This document shows, piece after piece, positions 1 through 12,100 of a stretch of DNA of 64,000 nucleotides (position 1 is its first letter; every line of letters starts with the position of its first letter). The stretch lies in NCBI GenBank assembly GCA_965644315.1, contig CBFFRQ010000076.1:116319-180318 (forward strand), given 5' to 3'. The notes beneath the pieces were generated by a model that was not told the origin of the DNA, did not search any database, and saw only the letters and a program-made list of their open reading frames with translations. The position numbers and the translations under genes were made by a program. The stretch is from Caecitellus pseudoparvulus (Eukaryota; Protista; Bigyra: Bicosoecida).

Positions 1-1527
1 CCAGCACTTGCCGAGCCGAAGGGCGCACACCAGGATCCGGCGCGAAGCATTGCAGCAGAACACTCCTCACGGCAGGGGGTATCCTGCTCGGCCAGCGAAA
101 CTCTTTCTCGCCAGTCGCAGGCAATCGCGGCGTTAGCGCTGCGTGCACCCTCTGCCACTCAGCCTGCACAGCGACAAACCCAGCGTCATCCGCGCTCGCT
201 TCACGGAAGGGCAGTGTGCCAGACAGCACTGCGAAAGTGTACACCGCCCAAGACCACATGTCTGCCGCGCAGCCATCGCAGGTGGGTGCGCCTGCAGCAC
301 AGCTGGCACCCACTGTCTCTGAGCCAGCTGAGCCGCCAGCTGAGCAGGTGCTGGTGCAGCCCCCCTTGCGCAGGGCGAGAACTTCTGGTGCCGCATACTG
401 CAGTGTGCCTGCAGCTTCAGTGCAAGACACAAATGGCGGCGCTGAAGGGCTCTCGGCGGGGGCAGCGCAGGATGGTGTGACGGCGCAAGCCCCAAAGTCT
501 GCAAGCACTGCACTTCCTCTGAATAGCAGGACGTTCTCCGGCTTCACGTCTCGGTGAGCGATGCCCAACGCGTGGCAGTGCACAAGGGCACGAAGAACTG
601 GAATTCCCAACGCCTCGACCACTGACCAAGGTCCCTGTGCTCCATCTGCAGGCTTCTGGCTGCCTGTGAGAGTGGAGAGCACGTCGCCTCCTTCCGCAAA
701 GGCCATGGACAGCGCTGTGCCGCCGCCGGGCAGACTCGTCAAGCCATACATGGGCAAAATGTGCTCACATGCCGCAGCAACTCTCAGGCGCTCAAACTGC
801 GAATCGTCCCCGCGCGCGTTCGTGCGTCAGTTCGCATGATTGGTGTGCATCAAGGCGGCCGGCCGCACGTACGGCTGCACTGCTGTTGACCGCTGCCTTA
901 CTGTCAGCTGGCATGGTCTTGACAGCGACTGCACCCCCGCCGGGCAAGGGGCACTTGAACACTGCCCCATAGCGCCCTGGCCGGGAGATCAAATCTGCGA
1001 GATGGGGCGCACTGGAATGAGGCGGCTGCTGGGCGCTTTGTCCTGCACGGTCCGTGGCGGCTGATGTTGGGAGCACTTCGCCCCCTTCCCCCCCCTCTCC
1101 ACCTCCCGCACAAAGTTCTGCCCTTCGAACTGCGTCCCGCCCCCCAGCACGAGCACCATGCGGGGTGACAGGCTCCGGCCAAGCCCCTGGCACTGGCCCG
1201 ACGCACAGCGCACTCACTCTCTGCAACAAGTGTCAAGGGTACGTTCACACTGGAGCCTTCCGTAGCTTTGGAGGGGACATGCTGATGTGCGGGAAGCGTT
1301 TCCTGGCTGCCGTCCTGCACCATGCTATGCAAGCACTGCGGCCCTGCCACACCTTCGTGCACCTCGCCGTTTCCAGGTGACAAGGTCATACCTTGGCGAT
1401 TGGAACCTCGCCCAGCTTCGGTGCCAGTCGCTGCCCTGTCCTCTGGAGCAGAATGCAGGGGGTCTTGATCTTCTGTGGTCGAAGGACTGTCCCTCATCCC
1501 GTCGGCGGCTCTGCCTCTGCAATGCAT
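1..1527 (-). CDS. Ser/Thr protein kinase (3' end runs off the window; 5' end uncertain)
   Basis: Manual translation of minus strand 796->1 (not in ORF track): FERLRV...HRDVKPENVLL...LADFG...GTLQYAAPEVL...DMWSWAV...LLQCFAPDPGVRPSARQVL. Upstream exon (frame of ORF 792..1229) has GRYGAVFKC and AVAVKTM. Intron 872..797 (GTACGT...CTGAC...GCAG, phase 0). A further phase-1 intron at about 1217..1130 would join ORF 904..1527. Confidence 0.85.
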
Positions 1528-2568
1528 GACCCCTCCTGCTGCACTGGTTCACAGTGGGGATGACCGGCCAAAGGAATGCAAGTGGCTCGATCAATTTTGG
1601 GCTCCTGGGCTGCTATAGCGTCTAGCATGCGCAAGGGGCGGACTGGTGCGAGCCTGGAAGCGGCAAGACGCACAGTCGACGTCTCTGCTGTTGCCGCGAA
1701 CTGATGAGGGTCACGGTGAGGCGCTCTCACTGTGCCAGTGCTCGGACCGAGGCAAGTTCTTCTCGCCAGGACTGAATGTACAACACCATGCACCAGGGGG
1801 TGGAGTCGCTGTGATGGGAGAAGTGCGCGGGCGTCCTGAATGCGCCTTGCTTTGGCAAGCTCGGCGCATGGTGTTGATGTGCCGCTGCTCTGCGGACTCT
1901 GCCGAGGACCAAATACCCGAGCCTGGCCTGCAGCATGCATGTCGCGGCCTACACTCGCCACCCCGGGCACGCTAAGGTCAGTTTGGTGCCTTTCCAACCC
2001 CTGCCACCCTTGGGAGCCCGGTGTGCGTGACGTTGCACGTGCCGCTGCTCTTGTTCTGCAACATGTTCTGTCGACCCTGTACCTCGGCCAGGCAACACCC
2101 TCAGCTGCGCAGTCTTCTGCTCGCTGAGCACGTTCGCACCTCCTCCATGTTCCGCCTCGGGAAGGGTCGCCCTCTGCTACTCCAGTTTAGAGCTGGGCGG
2201 CGTTCGAACCTTGCGACAACTGGATGCCCCAACAGAGGAACCTCACTCAGTGGCCTGCCTCAGAGCTGCCCGCCTCAGCACGCACACATTTACCTCAACG
2301 CACTCTGTTGCTTCGTGCCAAGGTCGTCCCCAGTGTGGGAATCGCGCAGAGGTGCGATCGTACTGCAACCGCCGCAGCACACGCTCCCCCCAATGGTGCT
2401 GCAGCTCATGAAAGTGCTCATCGCGGCCCCAGCCCCTCGAAAGACGCCTTCCTGCGCAGTAATTGACAGGGAAACTGCAAGGCTGCGACTCAGTGTCCCG
2501 CAGCTGCTGCACAGGAGACGGTGGGGGCAAGGTCGCTGCTTGACCGCCTCTGAAAACACACCAGCGCC

Positions 2569-4422
2569 TCAGCCACGCAGCAGCTGTTGGTGCCTGCGCC
2601 AAAGGAGGAAAGGCCTGCGCAGAGACCAGTGCGCATCGTGCAGCAGGCGGGAAGCCGCCCGCTTGCCGAGCGCGTGGTCTGAAGCAGAGGTGTGTGCATC
2701 CGGTGTGCTGGAAATCACCGACCCTGCTTCACCTTCGCTGCTGGCTGCAGGGACTGCCGACTGCGACTCGGCACCCGAGCTATCTTCGGGTGCCTGCAAT
2801 GGCAGGTCAGAAAAGGCCCGGCACACCAGTTCAGTGTGCCTGTCCCCATGCTGGCGCATCAGGCCAAGCATGCAAGCGTACAACGCGGCACGGTGCTGCC
2901 TTCGCAAGCTCCCGCTGCCTGCGACAGAGGCGATTGTTTTCGCAGTGTCCAGCACCATCCATGGTGGCATGGATGTGAACGCTTGGCCGTGACCCCAGTC
3001 GCTGCCCTGCAGCCGGTGCCACGGCGTGCCTCGGATAGACGGTGGGCACCCGGACCGCGCCAGCGCGCCGGCGTCGCCCAACGCAGCCGCCAAGGGCCAA
3101 ATGGAGGCTTCCCTGGCTGCCCACGCCATCACCTGACCAAGGTGTATGGCGGCCTTGCTTTGCTGTGCAATTTTTGGTGCGGCAAATGGCAGCTCGGCCG
3201 CCATGCACGCTGGTACGAAGGCCGGCCCGGTCAGGCGCAGCAGCGGCCACCACGACGCTCGAGCGAAGCCAGGGGCAGGGGCCCTGTCACGACACTTTCG
3301 CAGGACGCCACACAGGTCAATGGAGGAAAACGCCACTGCCCCGCGTTCGTGGGCCTGCACCAGCAGCTCCACCTGCTTCCACGAGCCACTGGTCAGACAG
3401 TCCACCAGGCACTCAAGCGACGCTCTCGTCGCGGCCTCTGGCGCCAGGGCAGCCAAGATCAGGTCCGCGCACGATTTAGCATGCTTTCTGCTCCCTGCCC
3501 CTTCCACAGCTCGCCGCAGGCCGACGCGGAGGGAGCTGAGCACGGCCTCCGGCTGTCCCTCCGTCAGCCCCTTAAGCCGCCCTAGCCACGCCTGAAGTGC
3601 ATCAGGGCTGTCCATCAGCACCGCCACCTCCACGGGCACCAACCTGTGCCCCTTGGCCCACGTCGCTGATAGAGGGGGGAAGGAAATGGCTGCCTTACAG
3701 CCAAGGTCCGGCACGCCAAGCTCCCGGCCCAGGTCCAGCCAGTCGCCCAGCGCGGCTTGGAAGTCACAGGCAACTAAGGCCACGCAGCCTTCATGCCACC
3801 CCCGCGCTTGCAAGGCGGGGTGGGCACCCAGGCTTTCCAGGACCTTCCTGCCACAGGCCACGGTGCGGACCGCTGTCGCGGCGTCGCCCGTCCGAGACAC
3901 CGCCAGGCCCAGCGTCGGCAGCAACGCCCCGTCAAAGTTCACCACCGCAGCGCGCAGCCCCTGCAGCCCCTCGGCAGCCTCCAGGACCCAGTCTAATACG
4001 TGGTCCTGGGCGTACGCCATGGCGTCGTACAGGACGCTGGGGAAGTGTGTGCGCAGGCCGTTCCGGAGGTGACGTGCCAGAAACTGAGCCTCGTCGTCAC
4101 TCTCCTGCGCCAACGCCAGCAACAACTTAGACAACGCGAGAGCAGTCCCCGACCTCAGCACTTCGTCATTTGAGTATGCGCACATGCGCAGCAAGCATTT
4201 CAGCACCGTCAGAGTGCCCAGGGTCTTGGGGACCTGGCTGGGCCAGGCAGGGACGCCTCCCGCTGCGTGCGCTGCATGGCAAGCAGCCACCGCCTCCACC
4301 TCGTAGCCGCGCCCCCACAAGTCACAGTGGGGAGGATACATCAGAAATGCTCTCTTGATTGTGGCCCCCGGCGGGAGCTCATGAGAGCTCTCTCCAGGCG
4401 CGCCACGCGAGCTGGCAGCCAT
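2569..4422 (-). CDS. Hypothetical 617-aa Ala/Leu-rich helical protein, possibly degenerate ankyrin-like repeats
   Basis: Single long ATG-initiated ORF. Segments such as LYDAMAYAQDHVLDWVLE, VEVAVLMDSPDALQAWL and LVDCLTSGSWKQVELLVQ resemble ankyrin helix pairs; no firm family assignment. Confidence 0.6.
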   Translation of the reverse strand: MAASSRGAPGESSHELPPGATIKRAFLMYPPHCDLWGRGYEVEAVAACHAAHAAGGVPAWPSQVPKTLGTLTVLKCLLRMCAYSNDEVLRSGTALALSKLLLALAQESDDEAQFLARHLRNGLRTHFPSVLYDAMAYAQDHVLDWVLEAAEGLQGLRAAVVNFDGALLPTLGLAVSRTGDAATAVRTVACGRKVLESLGAHPALQARGWHEGCVALVACDFQAALGDWLDLGRELGVPDLGCKAAISFPPLSATWAKGHRLVPVEVAVLMDSPDALQAWLGRLKGLTEGQPEAVLSSLRVGLRRAVEGAGSRKHAKSCADLILAALAPEAATRASLECLVDCLTSGSWKQVELLVQAHERGAVAFSSIDLCGVLRKCRDRAPAPGFARASWWPLLRLTGPAFVPACMAAELPFAAPKIAQQSKAAIHLGQVMAWAAREASIWPLAAALGDAGALARSGCPPSIRGTPWHRLQGSDWGHGQAFTSMPPWMVLDTAKTIASVAGSGSLRRQHRAALYACMLGLMRQHGDRHTELVCRAFSDLPLQAPEDSSGAESQSAVPAASSEGEAGSVISSTPDAHTSASDHALGKRAASRLLHDAHWSLRRPFLLWRRHQQLLRG

Positions 4423-4748
4423 GCTGCGGAGTGCGGATTTCGAGCGACGAAGCCAGGCCCCTTTCCCAAGCAGCCGGGCGGCTGCAGGGCCACAAGCAGT
4501 GCCGTGAACCGGAGATGTAAATGAAGTAGATTGTGCGAAGGAAAAATGCTCTGATAGTGCGCCTGAACGTGGCCGTCACAGAGTGGGGGGCGGTTGCAAC
4601 TAGTTGTGCCACAAGCCCTGCCGAGCACAGGCGCCACCCTGAAGCACAACACGCCCTACTCGCCTGAGCCCTGGGGAAAAGTAGACACGACACGCCCACA
4701 GTGGGCGACTTCCAGGCCGTGACTAAAGTCTCTGTCACCCTCTAAGCC

Positions 4749-6457
4749 TCACACGGCACCATCCCTGTGCCGTTTGGTAAGGTCCACGTCAGCAACAGAG
4801 CCCACCTCACTGGGCGCTCGCACGGGTGCCGCGGCACTCGGCAAGTCTTCACCCTTGCCGCCGCCACAAGCAGCCTGCACAGCCACAGGGCGTACTGAAG
4901 AGGAGGGCAGGAATGGTGCCGCCTGTTGTGGGGTGGGCCAAGGCGCCATGATGGCCGGTGTGGCACCGACTTCCCCCCCCCTTGGGATGGAGGCGCTGGG
5001 GCTGCCGCTGCCGTGAGAGGAGTGGGTGAGGGAGCCCTGCAGCGCCTGGCGGAAGGGCAGCACGCTGCTGGTACCACTGTACGCGGAGGAGCCACTGGAG
5101 CCGCCTTCCGAGCCAGCAACGGAGCCTCCACCACCGCCACCGCCACCGCCGGCGGCAAAGACGGGGGGCTGGGATGAGCCTGGCGTGCTGCCAGACACGA
5201 CGCTGCTACCACCAGGTCCAAGGGTGGGCAGGGATACAGGCTTTGAGGGCTTCTCCTCTGCCATGGGGGCGATCCAAGGCACCAGGCTGGCGCCACTGAA
5301 CCAGGTGTGCTGTAGGAGACTGGTAATGTCGGGGCGCTGGGCAGGGTCCACGCGCAGGCACTGGGACAGCAAGTCCACCAAGAGGGGCGAGAAGTGCGAC
5401 GGCCACGTCCAGGTGAAGCTGGCCTCCTTGGCCGTGGGTGCGCGGAGGGTGGCGAGGGTGGCACGCCACACCTCAGACGCAGCGATTTCCGGCTGCGTTG
5501 CGGCCACGAAGGCCCGGAAGCGGTAATCCGAGGGGACTGCTGACTTGAAGGGCACCTTACGGCTGCCCAAGACGTACATGGACACGGCGAAGCTCCATAC
5601 GTCGGCGGCGTAGGTGTTGTACCGGCCCTGAGCGATGGTGCGCTGGCAATGCAACAGCGTGTGCTCGGCGCTGCCCTGCGCAGGGGGCTTGCTGCCGGCG
5701 CGAGACACGGCCAGGCGCGCAGCGTGCAGCTGCAGCACCTCAGGCGCACAGTACTGTGACGAGCCGACGGTGCTGCTGGACATGAGGGGCGGCGGCAGGG
5801 TGCCTGCAGGCGGCACCACGGTGGCAATGCTGGCGGCGCCGAAATCACACAACTTCGCGACACAGCCGTTGAGCGTGCTCACGTCGCCCTCAGCGCGGAC
5901 CAGGAGGATGTTCTCCGGCTTGATGTCACGGTGTGCCACGCCTGCCATGTGCGAGTAGTGCACGGCGGTGCCCACTTGGCTGGCCATTGCGATAAGGTCA
6001 CGAGTCTCGCCCATGCCCCGCTTGCCAGCCGCCTGCATGGCTTTGAAGCCGTCCGTCTCGCCCAGCTCCATGCTCAGCGCAGGCGTGCCAACTTCGTTCA
6101 CGCTGCCTGCAGAGAAGGTCTTGATGATAAAGGGGCACCCCAGGCCCAGGCGCCGGAACTGTGGATGGCCAGAGAGGGGCGGTGAACGTATGCGCCTCCG
6201 CGGGTGCGGTTGAGGGTGGCGCCACTTACGGAAGCGAGCTCCCGTCGCGCAGCGTCGGAGTCTGCGTTCGCGAAGACCTTCACAGCCACAAGTTGGCCGC
6301 CGATCGTGGCCTTGTACACGGCCCCATGGCCTCCTTCCGCGAGCATGTCTGTGTGAGGCGGGGTGGAGTGGCATGACACACCAGCGGGCTGAATGCAGCG
6401 CCGCTTGCAGCACCCACCGCCAGACTCCAGCTGCAGGGTTGTTCCTGACGATGACAT
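4749..6457 (-). CDS. Ser/Thr protein kinase with low-complexity C-terminal tail
   Basis: AEGGHGAVYK, VAVK, HRDIKPEN, DFG, YCAPE, DVWSFAV, DPAQRP. Introns about 6415..6349 and 6229..6159. Likely ATG at 6457 (ccaaccATG); upstream spliced extension possible. Confidence 0.9.
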
Positions 6458-7515
6458 GGTTGGTAGGCTTTGCGAGTGAGCTCCCTGCACAGCGCAGGCG
6501 GCGTGAGGGCGTCAGATGCAGTGCTGGGGAGGTTCCGAGTTTTGGAACTGCGCCTCGCCTGCGCACGCGCGTCGACGGCCAGCCACACGGGCACCGGCGA
6601 GGCGCCCGGCCAGAGAGGGGCTCAAATTCAGTTGTTCTAGGCAACATCGCCCACCCACCGCTCCTGCAAGCAGCGGGCGCTGCTCGGGGGCGCTGGGAGG
6701 CAGCGCGGCATTGGTCGGCAGAGGAAAACACACCCACGCCGCCGCCGGCCGCCCCCTGGCCCCCCAAGCACGCAGCGGATGACGGAATCCAACAAAACTA
6801 CTTACACCAACACGTCTTCCGTATTTGCTGAGTGTCTTGCGCTGGGGAGGTCGTCTTGGCGGGGGAGAAGGCTGCGCTGGCGCTGGCCTTCTTCGAAGGG
6901 AGCGAGGGCTGGGCAAGCTGGTGCTGTAGTTCTCATGCACAGTGTCAAGCACATCGATAACCTGGAAAGGGGCAACATGAACGACATTCAGAGTCCGCGT
7001 TTTGGTTTCGCTGTGCAGTTGGGCCGCACTGTGCAGCTGGCAGGCGGAATCGAAGGCCCCAGCGGCCGCCAGTGACGTACAGGGGTGGCAGGGGGGGGGG
7101 GCTACACACGGAGCAAGTGGCCCGCCGCCGCCCCAGCGCAGTCCGACCAGCGCACGCGCACACAGGGCATCGCGGCAGGAGGATCAGGCAGTCATGAAAT
7201 GCACACTTCCTGCTCCCACTGCCGCAATGCCCACGCCAGCTGGCCGGCGCAGCGGCGCTGCACCGCAAAGCAGCTAGCGCACGAAGCTTGCGAGGCTCTG
7301 TCGACCAGCACAAGGCAAGAGTCGCCGCACGAGGCCCGACGGCCAAGTGGCTGCCGGAAGTGCGCGGCACGGGGGAAAGATAAGAGACATATGCCCGCAT
7401 GCAAGGTGGCCGCGCCGGGCAAGCGGCACCGGAGCAGAGCAGAGCAGTGGATTTGCGGAGCGTTGCCCCGTCACCAACGAAGTCCTCACCTGCCCGCCCT
7501 GCCTGCAGGAGCGAA

Positions 7516-9854
7516 TCAGTACCCGCCTTGGCTTCCGAACTGCGCCTCGATGGCACTGTTCCATGGGTTGGCCTCTGGAAGCCATGTGGTGTTGGTCTGC
7601 AAGTCCTTCCACACGACGGCTGCGAGGGCTTGGTGGCCGGGCTGTCGCGGGTGGAAGCCGTCCACGCTGCGCAGGTGAAAAGTCACGCGCCGTGCCGCAG
7701 GGAAGGTGGCAGGCAGGGGCGAAGAGGGGGAAGACGCACGGTTCGATGAGTTGCCAGCCTTCGCCGTTGTACTCGCGTTCGAAGTCCCCAATGAGTTTGA
7801 CCCAGTCCACGGAAAGCACGTGCGTGTCAAAGTGCTTGTATGCCATCTCACGGTGGACCTCCTCGTACACTGCACTGAGGTTGGCTGCCCGCGCACTGGT
7901 GAAGTCCCGCCAGGTCTGTGAAAGGAGTGGAAGATGCGGTGATGTGCCTCCTGTGGGGTGGCGTGTGGCGCAGGCGAGCGCTGGTCAGGCACACACCTCA
8001 TTGGTGTTCAACCACCCCCAGCAGGGGTTGGAGCCGGTGCAGGAGAGGAATTCGTACACAGCGGGGTAGTGCACGCCCAGAGGGTGCACACGGTCGTGCA
8101 TGTTGTCCCACAGCACCCGCCCGTCCACGAGGGGCATGAAGGCGACGTGGGAGCCAGCTGGTAGGATGGTGTCCAGGTACTCCATGCCCTTCAGCACAGC
8201 CGTCTTGAACTCCGGCACCGTGGTCATGTGGGAGGAGCCAGGGTGCCCATTGCACACGTCGTTGCCGATGAGGGCCCAGAACACCAACATGGGGTGGTCC
8301 ATGGTCTGGTTCCGGGCCAGGCTGTACATGATGCCGTCGGGGGCGGCCACAGAGCCGACGCGCGCGCCGTTCACGCCCGTGTTCTGCAGGTCCCGGTGGT
8401 TGCACTTGTTCAGGCGGTTCATGTAGCCGTAGATGGAGGGGTAGTTTGCCATGGTGAGGTTGTCCACTGTGGCGGGGCAGTCAACGGAGTCCCGGAAACC
8501 CGTGCTCCACGAGCACTGTGGCCAGTCGGCCTCGTTGGCGGCGAAGGCGATGATGCGGTCCAGGGGCAGGGAGAAGTTCTGCGCATTGATGTACTGGGGG
8601 GGGATGTGGAAGTGGGCGGTGGCGGAGTCACCCAGAATGCCCACGCCCATGGGCGCATTGGCCCCCGAGCACCACGCCTCCTCGTACGGGATCCCGCTGG
8701 CGTTCACACCAGAGATGCCGTTGCAGTTGTGGTCCACTGAGGGAGGGTGGTGCGTCACGGCGCGCCCCGGGTACACTGTCGCGTCGTCGTCCGCACAGTC
8801 CCGGCCTCGCCAGGAAGAGCCCCGGAACTGGTACACGCCCCCAGCGAAGTAGTCATTGTCGCCATCCACGAGGGGCAAGTGCTCCGAAAACGTGCGGTGG
8901 ATGTCGCAGGTGATGTTGAACAGGTCACAGGCGGGGTAGTGCCCCAGGGCGGTGGAGCCAGCCGCGAGAGAAGCTGCCTTCAGCGCGCGTGCCCGGCGCA
9001 CAGCGTCCCCGACGACACCAGCGCCATGCGCCTTGATCAGGCTCGTGCGCAGCACTTCGTTGGCGACGAAGGGCCACACGGAGGTCATGGTGAGGACGTT
9101 GGCGGGGTGGGCCGCCTCGTACGAATTCTCCAGGCTCAGCAGCCCGTACAGCGTGGACAGCGTGGTAGGCGGCACGCCATGCTGGGCGCCGACTGCGACG
9201 ATGCGCGTCGCTTCCTCCCGCCCCATGTGCTCCAGCATCGTCGTGGGCACGCCATCCACCACCCCCATCTCGCCGTGCAGCGCGCTCTCCAGAGCACCGG
9301 CTTGCTCGTCGCTGAGTGGCTGTGCGCCAGCGGCAGGGCCCAGCGCAGGCTCCAGCTGCTCCAGCAGACGGCGTTGGTCCAGTGGATTGCCATCAGTGGG
9401 GAACTTGGGGGAAGGGGTCGGCCAGTTCACCCACACATTGCACTGGGCATCAGGGCCGGCACAGATACCAATTTCCGCACACACCTGGGCGGGCGGCGCG
9501 TCGTCCGCCTTGGGCGTGAAGTCAGGGCCAAAGCGCTGGGCACGGGGAGAGGCACAGTGTATGTGTAAAGCGCGTGCTGCGATCTCGCAGTCGCTGGGCT
9601 TGGCAGCCAGACGCAGGCATCACTTGACACAGCCAGGGCTGGGGAAGTGCACTGCACTTGGCAGCGAACGTACCTGGTCCACCAGTCCCAGGACGAGCTG
9701 GCACCTGTAAAACAAGAGCAGAGCGCGTGAAAAGCGGTGCTGCATAAATCGCAGGGGTCCTGCAGGCGGCCACGCACGCAGCACATGTTGCAGCGGCCTG
9801 TGCAGCTGGCAGCGCTGCCGCGGCAGCTGCGAGCAGCACCAGTGCACTTCGCAT
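7516..9854 (-). CDS. AOAH: Acyloxyacyl hydrolase (LPS deacylase; saposin + SGNH hydrolase)
   Basis: Signal peptide MRSALVLL...; saposin-type CxxC and C..C; GDSATAHFHIPP (nucleophile block), NEADWPQCSWSTG, CNHRDLQNTGVNGAR, GNDVCNGH, DGFHP. Multi-exon. Confidence 0.93.
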
Positions 9855-10131
9855 GGTGACAGAGCGTGGTTTCAAGGACTTGGGGGCCAAGGGTGGCGCA
9901 CATGCGATCATGCGCATGCTTCGTGTCGGTGGTTTGTCCAGCCCGCTGCAGTTGTCGCTGCCGGGCTGCCGCACAGTCACAATCGTTGCCGGTCACGCCT
10001 CAGTTTGTGCCGCAAGGCCAGTCCCTAGCAAGCGCCCGGTCAAAACACGCACACCGCTGTTCACAGCCCACCTTGGCTGGCGAATGAAGAGCGGGTCGCG
10101 TCAGGCTGGCCAAACGAGGCGAAACAGCAGC

Positions 10132-12044
10132 ATGCAGGGAGTGGGGAGCTCCGGTGCCGGCGGCGGCGGGCTGCCAGGCAGCGGCGCCGAGTCCTTCCTG
10201 TCCATGTACAACGAGCAGCCAGTGGAGGAGCTGACCCTGCAGGACTTCGAAGTTCTAGCATTGGACAGGCTGAAAGGTGCGGCGTGCGCGCACTTGGCTG
10301 GCTGCACAGCGCTGCCTGCAGCCCCGGCCTGCGTTTCGCCTGTGCAGCTTTGAAGGGCATCGAGACGGCCAAGGCGCGAGGTTTGAAGGGCGCAGAGCTG
10401 CAGGCGCAGATCAAGAGCCTGTCCATGGCGCACCTGGGTGGAGACCTCGGGTCCCTCATGAAGCCTAACCCTGACATGGTGCGGAAGGACGCAGTGTCCC
10501 ACCACATCCTGCGCCTGGCCTACTGCCAATCTGAGGAGAAACGCCGTTGGTTCCTGTCCCAAGAGCTCGCGCTCTTCCGGTGCGTGCCAGTGCCACCACT
10601 GTGGTCTCACTGAAGACAATTATTGGACTTGTGCCTCTGCTGCCCGCAGGTACCGGCTGGAGAAGCACACTCCCAAGCAGCAGGAAGCTTTCATGCACAG
10701 GCACGGGCTCACGTTTGAGGGGGTGCGTGAGCCTGTTTGAATGGGCCCTGGCGCACAGCCGAGCACACCCCCACCTCGCCCGGTCCCTGCAGATCACCAG
10801 TGAAGACGCCGCCACCATGCAAACCGATCTGGAACGCATGTGCCTGCTGGCACGCGTGCACGACAAGGTGCTGCTGCGCCCAACAGACTTCGTGAAAGTG
10901 CCGTTTCTGCAGGCGCTAGACTTGGTGGGGCGCAGGCGAGTGCTGGTGCGAGGCGGCACTGCCTTTGTGCCCAGGGACCGCCTCATTTCCATCATCACGT
11001 CCAGGTTCAGGGCGTCGGTGAGTGCTGTCGCTGCCTTGAGCCTGCTGCCTTGGCCAGGTGCACTCTGCCCAATAACCCGCACAAATCCCCCCCCCCCCCT
11101 ACAGCTGTCTCGAGGCCTGGCCTTTGCAAACAAGGCACTGCCCACCATTCTGCAAGATGACCGCCTGGGAGACATCCTCGTGAACATGACACGAGCTTAC
11201 ATCGGGCGGGAGTACGGCAAGGGGCAAGGCGCGTTGGCAGGTGCGGAGGTGCGAGCAGGAGACGTGCAGGGACTGTCGGAGTCATCGTACCCGTTGTGCA
11301 TGGAGCACCTGCACCGAGGACTGATGACGCACCACCACCTGCGGCACGATGGGCGCATGCAGTACGGCCTCTTCCTGAAGGGGCTGGGCCTGGGGCTGGA
11401 GGAAGCGCTCATTTTCTGGCAAACCGAGTTCACCAAGTCCATGTCCCCAGACGACTTTGTCAAGCGATACGGTGCGTGTGGGCGCCTTCCACGAACGCCC
11501 GTCAGTGCTCACTTGCCGAGGCCTTGCCACCCCGCCCTACCACCACGCCTGCAACGCAGCATACAACATCCGCCACAACTACGGCAAGGAAGGCAAGCGC
11601 GCCGACTACACGCCGTACTCGTGCCAACGCATCATCCTGGGCACGGCCCCCGGGACTGGCGAGTACCATGGCTGCCCCTACCGGCACTGGGACGCTGAGA
11701 ACCTCCGAGCGGCGTTGGTGCGCAGCGGCATTTCCGGAGCAGCAGTTGCAGACGTCATGTCCAGCGTTGCGACGAAGGACTACCAGGTGGCTTGCTCCAA
11801 GCAGTGGGATGCACGGTATGGCACCATGGGCTTGAATGTCGGCAATCACCCAAACGCATACGCGGAGGAGGCTCAGGCGGTGTTGCGTGGAGATCACCCA
11901 AGCTTGCCTTCAGATGCCGCAGCTGCTGGCCAGGCTGCACCCAGCGCCACAGCCGCCAGTGCCGCCACAGGCTTCTCTGCCGCATCAGAAAGCGTCGCAG
12001 AGCCCGTAGCACAGCCCGCAGCAGCGCCTGCGTCGGGCACGTGA
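10132..12044 (+). CDS. PRIM2: DNA primase large subunit
   Basis: LTLQDFEVLALDRLK, RKDAVSHHILRLAYCQSEEKRRWFLSQELALF, YPLCM, HHLRHDGRMQYGLFLKG, YNIRHNYGKEGKRADYTPYSC, HGCPY, HPNAY (Fe-S domain). Several introns. Confidence 0.96.
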
Positions 12045-12100
12045 TGCCATGCTTGCATCAGACTGAAATACATTGTCGCTGGAGGTGGTGGGAAACGCCC

